Counted from the first letter of the stretch, positions 8,485-18,658 are shown. The stretch is DNA of 56,327 bases from Pseudomonadota bacterium (GCA_039178645.1 JBCDFD010000001.1:1-56327); one strand, 5' to 3'. Notes: generated by a model from the letters alone, not told the origin. Program-made: numbers and translations.

Positions 8485-9335
8485 GTTTCAGACACGTTGT
8501 AATAGTCCTGAAACCCAATCCTCTCGCGCAATTCATCGAAATCCATTTGCCCCGGCCTCTGGTCCTGCCGCATGGCTCTCAAGGTTGTGACCATGGCCTG
8601 CATCGCTGAGGCCATCAGGGACAGCGGGTAAGCGGCGATGGAAAAACCCAGACCGTGCAATTCATCGATGGGCAAGTCCGGCGTTGCACCGCCTTCCACG
8701 ATATTGGCCATTTTGGGGCCGGGTAGGCTGGCGCAGACCTCTCGCATTTCCTCTACTGTCTGTGGGGCTTCCACAAACAGGATATCCGCGCCGAGGTCGG
8801 AAAACTTGTTAGCACGGTCGATGGCCTCGCCTAACCCATGGTCGTGACGCGCGTCAGTGCGCGCGAGGATAAGGATGTCGCCGCCCCTTGCGCGCAGGGC
8901 TTCGCGCGCATCAACGGCGGCGCGAACGCGGTCGAAGGCTTCCTCGCGCCCCACAACCGCCTTCCCCGGCGTGTGACCACAACGTTTGGGCGCCAGCTGG
9001 TCCTCGATCATCACCGACGCACAGCCCGCTTTGGCAAATCCGGTCACGGTGCGGCGGACGTTCATGGCGTTGCCGTAGCCGGTATCGCCGTCGCCTAGCA
9101 GCGGAATTCTGAGCGCGCCCGCGATGTTGGACGCTTGGTCGACCACTTCGCCATAGCTCATCAGGCCAAGGTCCGGTTCCCCGATCCGACTTGCCGAGGC
9201 CGCGAAGCCAGACATGAAGGTCAGGTCGTATCCTTCTTGCTCAATCAACTTTGCCGACAGCGCGTCGAAGCAGCAGGGCATGATATGGCAGCGGTCTTCT
9301 TGTAGAAGACGGGCGAGCGTGGCGGCGGTACTCAT
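8460..9335 (-). CDS. Isocitrate lyase/PEP mutase family enzyme (KRCGH type)
   Basis: DALSA, SGF, PDLG, DGDTGYG, IEDQ..PKRCGH, ARTDA and FVEAP motifs. Confidence 0.9.
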   Translation of the reverse strand: MSTAATLARLLQEDRCHIMPCCFDALSAKLIEQEGYDLTFMSGFAASASRIGEPDLGLMSYGEVVDQASNIAGALRIPLLGDGDTGYGNAMNVRRTVTGFAKAGCASVMIEDQLAPKRCGHTPGKAVVGREEAFDRVRAAVDAREALRARGGDILILARTDARHDHGLGEAIDRANKFSDLGADILFVEAPQTVEEMREVCASLPGPKMANIVEGGATPDLPIDELHGLGFSIAAYPLSLMASAMQAMVTTLRAMRQDQRPGQMDFDELRERIGFQDYYNVSETYASSRRD

Positions 9336-9339
9336 ATGG

Positions 9340-10614
9340 TCACCATTTGAACGGAATATAGAGAGCGAGATCGGGCAGAGCATAGAGCACTCCGACGGTC
9401 ACCAACATCAAGATCAAGAACGGCCACACCCCCCGCGCCACGTCGCCCAAGGTCGCGCGTGCCACCGATTGAATGACGTAAAGGTTCAGCCCAACCGGCG
9501 GTGTGATCAACGCCACCTCCACCATGATGACCATGAAGATACCGAACCAGATCGGGTCGAACCCCAGGCCCATGGCGGCGGGCAGCAGCACCGGTGTCAT
9601 GATCAGGATCATGGACAGGGCCTCGAACACCAGACCCATGATCAGAAGCACGCAGGCCACCACCAAGATGAACATCCCCGGCCCGTCGATGGCATTGGTG
9701 ATCAGCGCCGAGATGTCCTGTGGGATACGGTAGAGCGCGATGGCTTTGCCGAACACCTTGGCGCCTGCGACTATCAACAGGATCGCGACGGTGGTGATGG
9801 CCGACTCCATGACCGCCTCTTTGAACCCCTGCCAAGACAGGGTGCGCAGAACCACAACCGTGATGAAGAGCGCGGCGGCAAAGCCGATGGCAGCGGCCTC
9901 GGTGGGCGTGAACGCGCCCGAATAAAGGCCGACGATGACCAAGAGGGCTAGGCCGACAGAGGGCAGCGCGCGGATGGAGGCGTTGAGGCGTTCCGACCGG
10001 CTGGCCTTGTCCACGGCCTGGTAGCTGCCGGTGAACTTGGCGTGGGCCATGGCGAACAGGACAAAGAGGGTCACCAACACGAGGCCCGGTCCGATCCCCG
10101 CCAGGAACAGCGAGATCACCGATTGTTCGGTGACAAATCCGTAGACGATCATGGGAATGGACGGCGGGATGAGAATGCCCAAGGTGCCGCCCGCCGCCAA
10201 AAGACCATAGACGAACGGCCGGTCATAGCCGCGTTGAATCATTTCGGGGATGGCCACTGTGCCAATGGTGGCGGCGGTGGCGACGGACGACCCAGAGATC
10301 GCCGCGAACAGGCCACAACTGATGATGGTGGCCACGGCCAGACCGCCCGGCCAATGCCCCACCCAGGCTTGGACGGCGGCAAAGAGGTCTTTGCCAACGC
10401 CACCTTTCAGCAGCACGTTGGACATCAACAGAAACAGCGGCACGGCCAATAGGATGAACCCGTCCAGCGTGGACAGGATCGCCTGCGGCGCCATCAGCGG
10501 GGAAAACCCACCGGCGATGAGCATGCCCAGGCCAAGACCACCCAGGGCGAAGGCCACGGGCACGCCCGCCAGAAGCAGACCGAAGAGGGCAATGAGGATG
10601 ATGGGGAGCGTCAT
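9340..10614 (-). CDS. dctM: TRAP transporter large permease DctM
   Basis: ISGSSVATA, GGTLGILIPPS, FTPTEAA and ITPPVGLNL motifs; ATG 10614 overlaps the dctQ stop. Confidence 0.92.
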   Translation of the reverse strand: MTLPIILIALFGLLLAGVPVAFALGGLGLGMLIAGGFSPLMAPQAILSTLDGFILLAVPLFLLMSNVLLKGGVGKDLFAAVQAWVGHWPGGLAVATIISCGLFAAISGSSVATAATIGTVAIPEMIQRGYDRPFVYGLLAAGGTLGILIPPSIPMIVYGFVTEQSVISLFLAGIGPGLVLVTLFVLFAMAHAKFTGSYQAVDKASRSERLNASIRALPSVGLALLVIVGLYSGAFTPTEAAAIGFAAALFITVVVLRTLSWQGFKEAVMESAITTVAILLIVAGAKVFGKAIALYRIPQDISALITNAIDGPGMFILVVACVLLIMGLVFEALSMILIMTPVLLPAAMGLGFDPIWFGIFMVIMVEVALITPPVGLNLYVIQSVARATLGDVARGVWPFLILMLVTVGVLYALPDLALYIPFKW

Positions 10615-11108
10615 TCGTGGCTGCTCCCCAAGCTTGCGGCGTCGGCATCGCGCAATCGAAGCAGTTCCACCACCGCTTGACCGCCCAAGAGAGCGAACCC
10701 CACAGGGATCGACAGTTCTACGATCCACATGGGCAAGTTCAGGATCGAGCCGGTGGTGCGGCCCCGTTCCCACGACGTGTAAAAGATATCGAACCCGTAC
10801 CAAGCGACGATGGCACAGAAGATGATCACAGCCACCAAAGCGCCTGCGGAAAAAACCCGTTGCAGCGGTGCGCTCAGGAGGTTCGTGACGGCGTTCACGG
10901 TGATGTGCCGACGGATCGCCAGCACGTGCCCCATGGCCAGCATGCATCCCCAGATCAGGCAAAGCTGACTCAGTTCCGCGGCCCAAATGGTGGGTTTCAC
11001 GAAGAAGTAGCGCGCCACCACTTCATAGGTGAGCATTGCTCCGGTCAGCGCCAGAAGCACGGCACCGATGAGCCCCGCCACGCGCGAGAGTGTCGTCATA
11101 AAGGTCAT
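10611..11108 (-). CDS. dctQ: TRAP transporter small permease DctQ
   Basis: YEVVARYFF..PTIWA.EL and HI.V motifs; 4 TM; lies between dctP and dctM. Confidence 0.9.
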   Translation of the reverse strand: MTFMTTLSRVAGLIGAVLLALTGAMLTYEVVARYFFVKPTIWAAELSQLCLIWGCMLAMGHVLAIRRHITVNAVTNLLSAPLQRVFSAGALVAVIIFCAIVAWYGFDIFYTSWERGRTTGSILNLPMWIVELSIPVGFALLGGQAVVELLRLRDADAASLGSSHE

Positions 11109-11136
11109 GGATGTGGTCTATGCGAGCAAGCAGAAC

Positions 11137-11157
11137 AGGGGCCTTTCGCGGCCCCCG
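11137..11157 (-). terminator. Intercistronic hairpin after dctP
   Basis: GGGGCC-TTTCGC-GGCCCC stem between dctP and dctQ. Confidence 0.45.
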
Positions 11158-11179
11158 CGGGTAGTCGGATTAGAATGGA

Positions 11180-12163
11180 TCAGTCGTCGGTGACGGCGCT
11201 GAGGATCGCGGCACCTGTGTCGCCCGCAGCCGTGCGGTAGGCGTCATAAACCGGCGCTGCAACGCCTTTCCACGCCTCCAGTTCTGCGTCGGTCAGGTCC
11301 ACCACGGTCATCCCGTTTTCGATTGCAGCCTCATAGGCGGCCGCTTCGATGGAGGCCATGCGGTCGCGCACGTCTTCTTGCGCCACGGCGGCCGCGTCTT
11401 GGATATGACCTTGGGTTTCAGCATCCAGACTGTCCCACCAGTCGGTGTTCACCACGACCACGAATTCAATGTTGGCGTGGTTGGTGCGAGTGATGGTGTC
11501 CATCACTTCCCAAAGTTTGCGGGATTTCACGCCCGACACGCCGGTCATGCCCACATCCACGGTGCCGCGTTGGTAAGCCAGGTATTGTTCAGACCCGGAA
11601 ATCAGCGTCGGCGCGCCGCCAGCGGCGGTCACAAAGTCACCCAAGGTTTTGCCGAACACGCGGACTTTCTTGCCTTCCATATCAGCGGGCGTGCGAATGG
11701 GACCACCGTTCGAAAGTAGGATCGCGCCACCGTAGGCCTGCCAGTAAAGCACTTGTCCGCCCGTGTCGGCGATCTCAGCTTCGAGCAGGTTGCGCACTTC
11801 CGCCCCCTCGGCGACCGCGGCGCGGACCTTGTCTTCGGTGTTGAACAGAAATGGCATGTAGAACACGTCCACCGATGGCGCGTCGCCCACATAGCGGGTC
11901 AGCGAGGCAACACCGGCCTCAATCGCGCCGGACCCCACGGCGGCAGGGACCTCTTTGTCTTTGTAGAGTGTCGCACTGTCGTAGATTTCCACGTCGATGG
12001 CACCGCCGGTGCGGGCTTCCACTTCTTTTTCAAACAGCGTGAGGTTTTCGCCCAAATGGCTGGTTAGCGGCAGTTGCAGCGATATCCGCATCTTTTCGGC
12101 GGCGAACGCTCCGGTGGCCAGGGCCAGCGACATGGCTGCGCCAAGTGCAAGTGTCTTTAGCAT
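11180..12163 (-). CDS. dctP: TRAP substrate-binding protein DctP
   Basis: Signal peptide MLKTLALG..AFA; GKKVRV and YLAYQRGTVD motifs; ATG 12163 after GGAGG. Confidence 0.9.
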   Translation of the reverse strand: MLKTLALGAAMSLALATGAFAAEKMRISLQLPLTSHLGENLTLFEKEVEARTGGAIDVEIYDSATLYKDKEVPAAVGSGAIEAGVASLTRYVGDAPSVDVFYMPFLFNTEDKVRAAVAEGAEVRNLLEAEIADTGGQVLYWQAYGGAILLSNGGPIRTPADMEGKKVRVFGKTLGDFVTAAGGAPTLISGSEQYLAYQRGTVDVGMTGVSGVKSRKLWEVMDTITRTNHANIEFVVVVNTDWWDSLDAETQGHIQDAAAVAQEDVRDRMASIEAAAYEAAIENGMTVVDLTDAELEAWKGVAAPVYDAYRTAAGDTGAAILSAVTDD

Positions 12164-12314
12164 GGTATCCTCCCAGATATGCCGGGCTCTTTCGGCCTGA
12201 CTGGTCCAGACATTAAAGCATGGGATCGACTTGGCAATATCCCCTGCCTCAGTTGACAAGGTTCACCGTTTGCCCGTGAGGGTGGCGATTGCCGCCTGCG
12301 CGGCAATGAGCGGG

Positions 12315-13364
12315 TTACTGTGTGGTACTTTGCAGGGTGCGGATGGTTCGCGCGAAGAGTTGCGCGGTGTCCGACCAGCTGGGCAAGCTGAGTGCCTGGG
12401 TTTTGGCTGCCGATTGGAGCGATGCATATGTCTGCGGTTCCGTTAGTATCCGCCTGAGGTTGGCTGAAAAGCACTGCCAATCGTCTGGGTCGGAGAGCAG
12501 GCCCGCCGATCCGACAGTGTCCGGGATCCCGCCTGCGTGACAGGACACAACTGGCAGCCCGTGCATGATCGCCTCGCTCAGGACCATCCCGTAGCCTTCG
12601 TACCGGCTGGCCAGGGCGAAAAGACTGGCGGATTGGAACCGGGTGGCCAGGGCGGTGCCATCCAACTCGCCGCTGAAAGAAACTCGGTTGGTGAGGTTCA
12701 GGTCGTGCTGCAGGGCTTGCAGGCTGGCGGCATAACTCGGGTCGTGGGTTTTGCCCACAATCTCGGCGCGCCAGTCCAAGTCGAGGATTTCAGACAGGGC
12801 GCGCAGAAGCACATCGTGCCCTTTGCGGGGGGCCAGCAAGCCAACGGACAGGATCAGCGGTGGGTCTTGCGGGTCTTGCGGTGCCAAGGGCCGGGCAAAG
12901 CCAGGCAAAGCGATGGTGGTTTTATCTTCGGGCACCGCGAATTGAGTTGTGAGAACCTCTGCGGTGTGCGGACTGGGCACCATCACATGGGCCATATGCG
13001 TCAGCATTTCCCGCTCATTCTGACGCAGGAACTCCGCGCGGTCAGCGGCGAGCCCGGTTTCCAGACCCAGCGGGTGGTGTACGATCCCGATCAGTGGCGC
13101 TTGAATGCCTTGGGCACGGGATGGATCGAGACTGCCCACGAGAAAGCCGTCCAGGATGATGGGCACATGGGCGGGCACTCGGGACAGTGCCGCCAGCGTC
13201 GTGTCCATGTCGTCCGGCGTTGGGTTGGGGAAGCTGGCGGGCAGTGACAAAAGCTCGGTCTCACAACCAATGTGGTTCAACTGCTTCAGCACCGTGGCTT
13301 CGTAAATGTACCCGCCGGTGCGTTGGGTGTGGTCCCCTGGAATGGCGAAAACGGCGTCGATCAC
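12315..13364 (-). CDS. Glycosyltransferase family 4
   Basis: TGGYIYE, VHHPL, SVG..PRKGHD and EGYGMVLSEA motifs; GTG start overlaps the permease stop. Confidence 0.88.
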   Translation of the reverse strand: MIDAVFAIPGDHTQRTGGYIYEATVLKQLNHIGCETELLSLPASFPNPTPDDMDTTLAALSRVPAHVPIILDGFLVGSLDPSRAQGIQAPLIGIVHHPLGLETGLAADRAEFLRQNEREMLTHMAHVMVPSPHTAEVLTTQFAVPEDKTTIALPGFARPLAPQDPQDPPLILSVGLLAPRKGHDVLLRALSEILDLDWRAEIVGKTHDPSYAASLQALQHDLNLTNRVSFSGELDGTALATRFQSASLFALASRYEGYGMVLSEAIMHGLPVVSCHAGGIPDTVGSAGLLSDPDDWQCFSANLRRILTEPQTYASLQSAAKTQALSLPSWSDTAQLFARTIRTLQSTTQ

Positions 13365-14926
13365 GGGCGTGTTTGCTCGGCGGCATAGCGGGTGAGCACC
13401 CGCCGTTCGATGATCTCCAGCCCCAGGTAGAACAGCATGGCGGCGATGGACAGGACAGCCACGGCGCTCCACAGCATATTGTAGTTGGACGTGCTGGCGG
13501 TGAGCGCCATGAGGTTGCCAATGCCCCGTCCGGTCGCAAGCCATTCGGTGGTGGTCACGGCCAGCAATGCGGCGGGAACAGCCATGCGCGCGGCGGCGAA
13601 GAACGCGGGGAGCATGGCGGGAATTTGCGCCCAGATTAAGGTGCGCCAGCGACCGGTGGCATAGCTGCGGAACAGGTCTTGGACAGCGGCGGGACTTTGG
13701 CGCAGCCCTTCGGCGCACGCCACCAAGGTCGGGAAGAAGATCATCACAGCGACGATGGTGATTGTGCCGGTTGGGCCTCGACCCAGGGCCAGGATCAGCA
13801 GCGGCGCGGTGGTTATGATGGGCACAGACCGCAGCGCGATGGCCAAGGGCAGAACCAGCGCGGCGATGCGGGGGGCCAGGACCGTGGCCATGGCCAGGCC
13901 TGCACCAAAGATCAACCCAGCCACATACCCCGGCAAGGTCAGAGCCAATGTGTCCCACAGGGCAGCGCCGAGCGTGGCGCGCGCGGTCGCTGCCCCATTG
14001 CCTGACACGAGGTAGGCCCAGACATCGCCGGGTCGTTTGGCGAAGAAGCGGTTGAGGTCGAACGCGTCCATGGACAGTTGCCAAAGCACTAAAACGAAGG
14101 CGACCAAGGCCGTGCTTGCCAGCAGTCTCTGCCAAGTCGGTCCTCTGCTCGGTTTCTCAGCGCTGGCCAGCAGCAAAGGTGGACGGTCTTTGGCGATCCA
14201 ATCGGCGAAACGTCCGAGCGCAAGATAGGCGGCCATGCTCACCCCGGTGGCCAGCAGAGCAATTGCCCAAGTGGCGTCGGTGTCCAAGGCACGCATGGCA
14301 CGCAAGGTCAGCACGCCAAGGCCGCGTTCGGCTCCGGTGAACTCTCCGACCATCGCGCCAAGGAAGGCCGCGGGGGCAGCAATCTGCAAGGCAGCGATGG
14401 CATAGGGCAGGCAGGCTCGCAGACGAACATATACAAGAATACTCCACGCCCCGCGCCCATAGCTTCTGACCAGATCGGTCCAACTTTGCGGGACCGCTTG
14501 CAGTCCGACACGGAGCGCGAGGAACGAGGTGTAGTAGACCGCCAAAGCGCCCAAGGTGATCTGCGGGCCAAGCCCTGGTCCATAGAGCACGCGCAAGATC
14601 GGGCCAGTGGCGACCAACGGCAGGCAAAACACCAGGAGCGCTAAGACAGTCACCGGGCGTTCCACCTTGGGGATGAGCACCACCAGCGCGGCCAGGAATG
14701 CGGCGGCCAGATTGCCCCAGAGAAACCCCAAAGCTGCGCTGTGGAAGGTGGTGCCCAGAGCACGGATCAGTAGGTCGGCGTTCCACCAGATGTATTGGGT
14801 GACGGCGACAGGTCCCGCCACCACAAATTGGCCTGCGGTGAGGCGGGCCAGAGCCTCCCACGCGATCAGCAGGACCAAAATGTTGAGCAAGCCTCGCACA
14901 AACGAGCTGTGAAACGCAGAAACCAT
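13361..14926 (-). CDS. Fused double-domain ABC permease (SsuC/TauC/NitT-like)
   Basis: Two repeated TMD halves with EAA-like loops (GAMVGEF..GLG; AVTTTEWL..GIG). Confidence 0.85.
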   Translation of the reverse strand: MVSAFHSSFVRGLLNILVLLIAWEALARLTAGQFVVAGPVAVTQYIWWNADLLIRALGTTFHSAALGFLWGNLAAAFLAALVVLIPKVERPVTVLALLVFCLPLVATGPILRVLYGPGLGPQITLGALAVYYTSFLALRVGLQAVPQSWTDLVRSYGRGAWSILVYVRLRACLPYAIAALQIAAPAAFLGAMVGEFTGAERGLGVLTLRAMRALDTDATWAIALLATGVSMAAYLALGRFADWIAKDRPPLLLASAEKPSRGPTWQRLLASTALVAFVLVLWQLSMDAFDLNRFFAKRPGDVWAYLVSGNGAATARATLGAALWDTLALTLPGYVAGLIFGAGLAMATVLAPRIAALVLPLAIALRSVPIITTAPLLILALGRGPTGTITIVAVMIFFPTLVACAEGLRQSPAAVQDLFRSYATGRWRTLIWAQIPAMLPAFFAAARMAVPAALLAVTTTEWLATGRGIGNLMALTASTSNYNMLWSAVAVLSIAAMLFYLGLEIIERRVLTRYAAEQTRP

Positions 14927-15087
14927 GTTGAAGCGAAGCTGCGACGTGGCCCGTCCGCTGTCGATGGGTCAAAATCCGCCCGTCCCGGTGCCCGTGTCCT
15001 TGGCACCACAATCAAGCCCTTGCCAAAATGCGCGCCGCCACCGACACTTACCCAAGACTTGAGGGCAATTCGTGAGCCGCCGGAAAG

Positions 15088-15702
15088 ATGACCCAGACCT
15101 CCACCACCGTTGGCTGCCCCGTGTGTGACGCGGTCTATGCGCTGCCTTTGGATATGGAGGGGCAGTCTGCCCAATGTGGCCGATGCGGGTTTCAACTGAC
15201 GGCACGGCGCCCGGCGGCCATTGGGCAGGTGGTGGGCCTTTCGATTACCATGGCCGCGCTGATGGTGATCGTGATTTTCACGCCATTCCTCACCCTGCGA
15301 TCTGGGCAGTTCGAGGCCAAAGCGTCGGTCTACGACACCATCCTGGGCTTCAGCACCGGGATCATGGTGCCGCTGGCGGTGGCAGTGTTTTTGTTCATCC
15401 TGGTGCTGCCGATCATGCGAATGGTTCTGCTGGTCTACGCGCTGACACCTATGCTCATCGGTCGGCGCAATTTTCCCCAGGCGGCACGTGCGCTGCGCTA
15501 TGCGTTCACCATGCGACCCTGGGCCATGGCAGAAATTTTCATGGTGGGCGTCGCTGTGGCGTTGGTAAAGCTGGCGGGGCTCGCGACAATATCCATGGGG
15601 ATGGCGTTCTGGGCCTTTGGTGCTGTGGTGCTCATCAGCGCCTATCAAGACACGTTCATGTGCAGGAACACGCTTTGGACCATGCTCGACGCCAACGGAT
15701 AA
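15088..15702 (+). CDS. pqiA: Paraquat-inducible protein A, N-half
   Basis: CPVCD/CGRCG zinc motif; PWAMAEIF..G..VALVKL. Confidence 0.88.
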   Translation: MTQTSTTVGCPVCDAVYALPLDMEGQSAQCGRCGFQLTARRPAAIGQVVGLSITMAALMVIVIFTPFLTLRSGQFEAKASVYDTILGFSTGIMVPLAVAVFLFILVLPIMRMVLLVYALTPMLIGRRNFPQAARALRYAFTMRPWAMAEIFMVGVAVALVKLAGLATISMGMAFWAFGAVVLISAYQDTFMCRNTLWTMLDANG

Positions 15703-16310
15703 CCACCGCATATGCCCGCGGTCAGGTGGTGTGCCGCAGTTGTGGCCAAGTGGCGGAGTTGGGCCAGGACCGCTGTAATCGCTGCTTTGCCAAGCTGGTG
15801 AGTCGGGACCCGCAGAGTTTGCAAAAGGTATGGGCATGGTGGATCGCTGGCATCATAGCATACATCCCCGCCAACCTTTATCCGATGCTCCTGACCACAA
15901 CCTTTTTCCACACCAGCGAAAGCACCATTGTGGGCGGCGTTGTGGAGCTTCTGGACCATGGAGCCTACGGCGTCGGAGCGATCGTGTTTTTCGCCAGTGT
16001 AGTGATCCCGGTGGGGAAATTCATCGTGATCGCATGGCTGGCCTTCATGGTGTCGCGCCCCCACAAACATGACCCTCACCGGCTGCTACTGTTTTACGAG
16101 GTGGTCGAATTCATTGGCCGCTGGTCGATGATCGATGTTTTCGTTGTCGCCATCCTGACGGCGCTGGTGCAATTCAATGTCATTGCCACAATCAACCCAG
16201 GTATCGCGGCGGTGTGTTTCGCGCTTTCGGTGATATTCACCATGTTAGCGGCGCAGAGTTTTGACTCTCGCCTGATTTGGGACCAAACCCAACCCGACGC
16301 CCATGACTGA
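15675..16310 (+). CDS. pqiA: Paraquat-inducible protein A, C-half
   Basis: CRSC/CNRC; YIPANLYP; GRWSMIDVFVV; FDSRLIWD; likely TTG start at 15675 after AGGAA. Confidence 0.85.
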   Translation: MDHARRQRITTAYARGQVVCRSCGQVAELGQDRCNRCFAKLVSRDPQSLQKVWAWWIAGIIAYIPANLYPMLLTTTFFHTSESTIVGGVVELLDHGAYGVGAIVFFASVVIPVGKFIVIAWLAFMVSRPHKHDPHRLLLFYEVVEFIGRWSMIDVFVVAILTALVQFNVIATINPGIAAVCFALSVIFTMLAAQSFDSRLIWDQTQPDAHD

Positions 16311-18657
16311 TCAAGACCTCCCATCCCCTGAATTGCGACAAACGCGTTTGCCGACGCTGTCTTGGGTCTGGCTCATGCCTTTGGCGGCTGTGATCATTTC
16401 GGGGGTGGTGGTGTGGCAGACCTTTGCGGACCAAGGGCCAGTGATCACGCTGGAATTTCCCTCGGCCTCGGGAATTGAGGCTGGTCAAACCGCCCTGCGC
16501 TACCGCGACGTCCAAGTTGGCCTGGTTGAACGGGTGGGCTTTTCCGAAGGTCTGGCCGCGGTCGAAGTTGACATACGAGTGGATAAATCGGTGGCCCCGT
16601 ATTTGGACACCGAGGCCGAGTTTTGGCTCGTGGAACCCGAAGTGTCCGTCCGAGGGATCACTGGACTGGAAACGGTGCTCACCGGTGTCTTCATCGAAGG
16701 CCTTTGGGACCAAGTCATTGGTATACCAGCCATACGATTTGAGGCACGCGAAAGCGCTCCGTTGGCGCTGCCGGGCGAAGACGGCACACGCGTCACCCTG
16801 GTGGCCCCGTCGGCTGGACAATTGGCAGCCGGGTCGCCCGTGCTGTTCCGCGGGATCGAGGTGGGGCGGTTGGACGAACCGGTGTTTTCGGACTCAGGGT
16901 CCTTCGTTTTGGTGGACGCCTTTATCCAAGCGCCGTTCGACCAACGCATCACCACCACCACCCGATTTTGGGACGCCTCGGGCTTTTCGGTGAGCTTGAG
17001 CACCGAAGGTCTGTCTTTGAACCTCGACAGCTTAGCGTCATTGGTGGAAGGCGGTGTCAGCTTTGGCACCTTCGTGACAGGTGGCGCGCGCGTGGAGGAT
17101 GGCACCCAGTTCGACCTTTTCGACAGCGAAAGTCACGCCCGCGACAATGCGCTGGAAGGCGAAGGCGGGACCGAATTGGACCTGGCGGTTTTCTTCCCCG
17201 AAATCGCCGCGCCCATCACCGTGGGAACACCCGTTCGGTACCAAGGGTTCCGAGTGGGGCAAGTCACCGACATCATTGGTCAAGTGGATGCGGAAAGTTT
17301 CGACGGACGCGTGGGCGTATTGATCAGTTTCACTGTCAATTTGCGGCGACTTGGGTTTCCCGGAGACGCCGACAACGAAGCCCATCGAGAGGAGCTAACG
17401 CGCCGGGTGCGGGATGGCTTGCGAGCACGGATCACATCGGTGGGCCTGCTCGCGCAGACGCAAGAATTGGAATTGGCGGTTCTGCCCGAAAGCCCACGCG
17501 CGGACCTTGAGTTTGACGCGTCAGGCGTCCCTCTGATCCCACCGGCCCCAAGCGCCACGACCGATGGCGGTTCTGGCATCGACGATCTGATGGACCGGAT
17601 GGCGAGTTTACCGGTTGAGGAGCTTTTCGAGTCGGTGATTGACGTGCTTGATGGTGTGGCGCGTCTGGTCCGAAGCCCAGCGTTGCAGCAGGTGCCAGAA
17701 AACACCAATGCTCTTTTGGTGGATGCACGCACACTGTTGAGCGACGCGGAGTTGGACCAAGCGTTGGCTGACGTTCGGACTGCCACGGCAGCGCTCTCGG
17801 GTCTGGTGAAGGACGTGGCATCAAGCGACGGTGTCGCGGCCCTACTGACAGCGCTAGAACAGTCTGACCCCATCGCGCGGGACCTGGAAGCTTTCGCCGC
17901 GACGCTGCCCGGTTTGTCGGACGACCTGGTCGCGATCACCGCCCGCCTGGCCCAGTTCCCAGTGGAAACGCTCGGGGAGGACCTGCGCACCGCGCTGGCC
18001 ACCGCAAATGCAATTCTGTCAGACCCTGCCATCGCGCGCATTGCTCCATCCGTGGCGGCGAACCTGACCACGCTGGAAGCACTTTTGACAGATTTAGAAG
18101 CCCAGAAACTGGGGGACGGCCTGTCGTCGACCATTTCAGCAATCAACGAAACCGCGGCGGATTTGCAGGCCACATCGGCTCAACTGCCAGGTGTTCTGAA
18201 CAGCGTTGACGCGCTGATCAGTGGCGCTGCGGAGGTGGACTTGGCGACCTTGTCGATGTCGCTGGACAGTGTTCTGCAAGGTGTGAGTAGTGTTGTATCT
18301 GCGCCCGGTGCGGAAGATTTACCCGACTCGCTGAACGCAGCACTCACAGAATTTGCAGCGGTCATGGCTGAATTGAACGGGGCCGGTGCCGTGGACAGCC
18401 TCACGTCGACCTTGGCCTCCGCCGACCAGACCTTGGCCGCCATCGAATCCGCAGCGGCGGAGCTGCCCGCACTGGTATCAAGGCTGGATGCACTGACGGT
18501 GAGCATAGCTTCGGCGGCTGCAAGCTATGATGAGGGGTCCCCACTTTACTCATCACTCTTGCGTGCCATGCGGGACGTGGCACAAACCTCTGAGGCATTC
18601 CGATCCTTGGCCCGGACCATTGAACGGAACCCAAATTCACTTTTGACGGGGCGGTAG
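16303..18657 (+). CDS. pqiB: PqiB/MCE intermembrane transport protein with extended helical tail
   Basis: N-terminal TM (WLMPL), three MCE-like domains, TRFWDASG, C-terminal IERNPNSLL. Confidence 0.88.
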   Translation: MTDQDLPSPELRQTRLPTLSWVWLMPLAAVIISGVVVWQTFADQGPVITLEFPSASGIEAGQTALRYRDVQVGLVERVGFSEGLAAVEVDIRVDKSVAPYLDTEAEFWLVEPEVSVRGITGLETVLTGVFIEGLWDQVIGIPAIRFEARESAPLALPGEDGTRVTLVAPSAGQLAAGSPVLFRGIEVGRLDEPVFSDSGSFVLVDAFIQAPFDQRITTTTRFWDASGFSVSLSTEGLSLNLDSLASLVEGGVSFGTFVTGGARVEDGTQFDLFDSESHARDNALEGEGGTELDLAVFFPEIAAPITVGTPVRYQGFRVGQVTDIIGQVDAESFDGRVGVLISFTVNLRRLGFPGDADNEAHREELTRRVRDGLRARITSVGLLAQTQELELAVLPESPRADLEFDASGVPLIPPAPSATTDGGSGIDDLMDRMASLPVEELFESVIDVLDGVARLVRSPALQQVPENTNALLVDARTLLSDAELDQALADVRTATAALSGLVKDVASSDGVAALLTALEQSDPIARDLEAFAATLPGLSDDLVAITARLAQFPVETLGEDLRTALATANAILSDPAIARIAPSVAANLTTLEALLTDLEAQKLGDGLSSTISAINETAADLQATSAQLPGVLNSVDALISGAAEVDLATLSMSLDSVLQGVSSVVSAPGAEDLPDSLNAALTEFAAVMAELNGAGAVDSLTSTLASADQTLAAIESAAAELPALVSRLDALTVSIASAAASYDEGSPLYSSLLRAMRDVAQTSEAFRSLARTIERNPNSLLTGR

Positions 18658-18658
18658 G

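Noticed and set aside
13365-14135. Apparent 606-aa GT4 with a long N-terminal domain (similar extensions on dctM, potA-like, btpA-like and fprA)
   Set aside because: The extensions overlap upstream genes or promoters; real starts lie downstream at RBS or stop/start overlaps
14927-15087. Riboswitch upstream of the ABC permease
   Set aside because: No FMN, TPP or cobalamin consensus recognisable by eye; an Rfam scan would settle it
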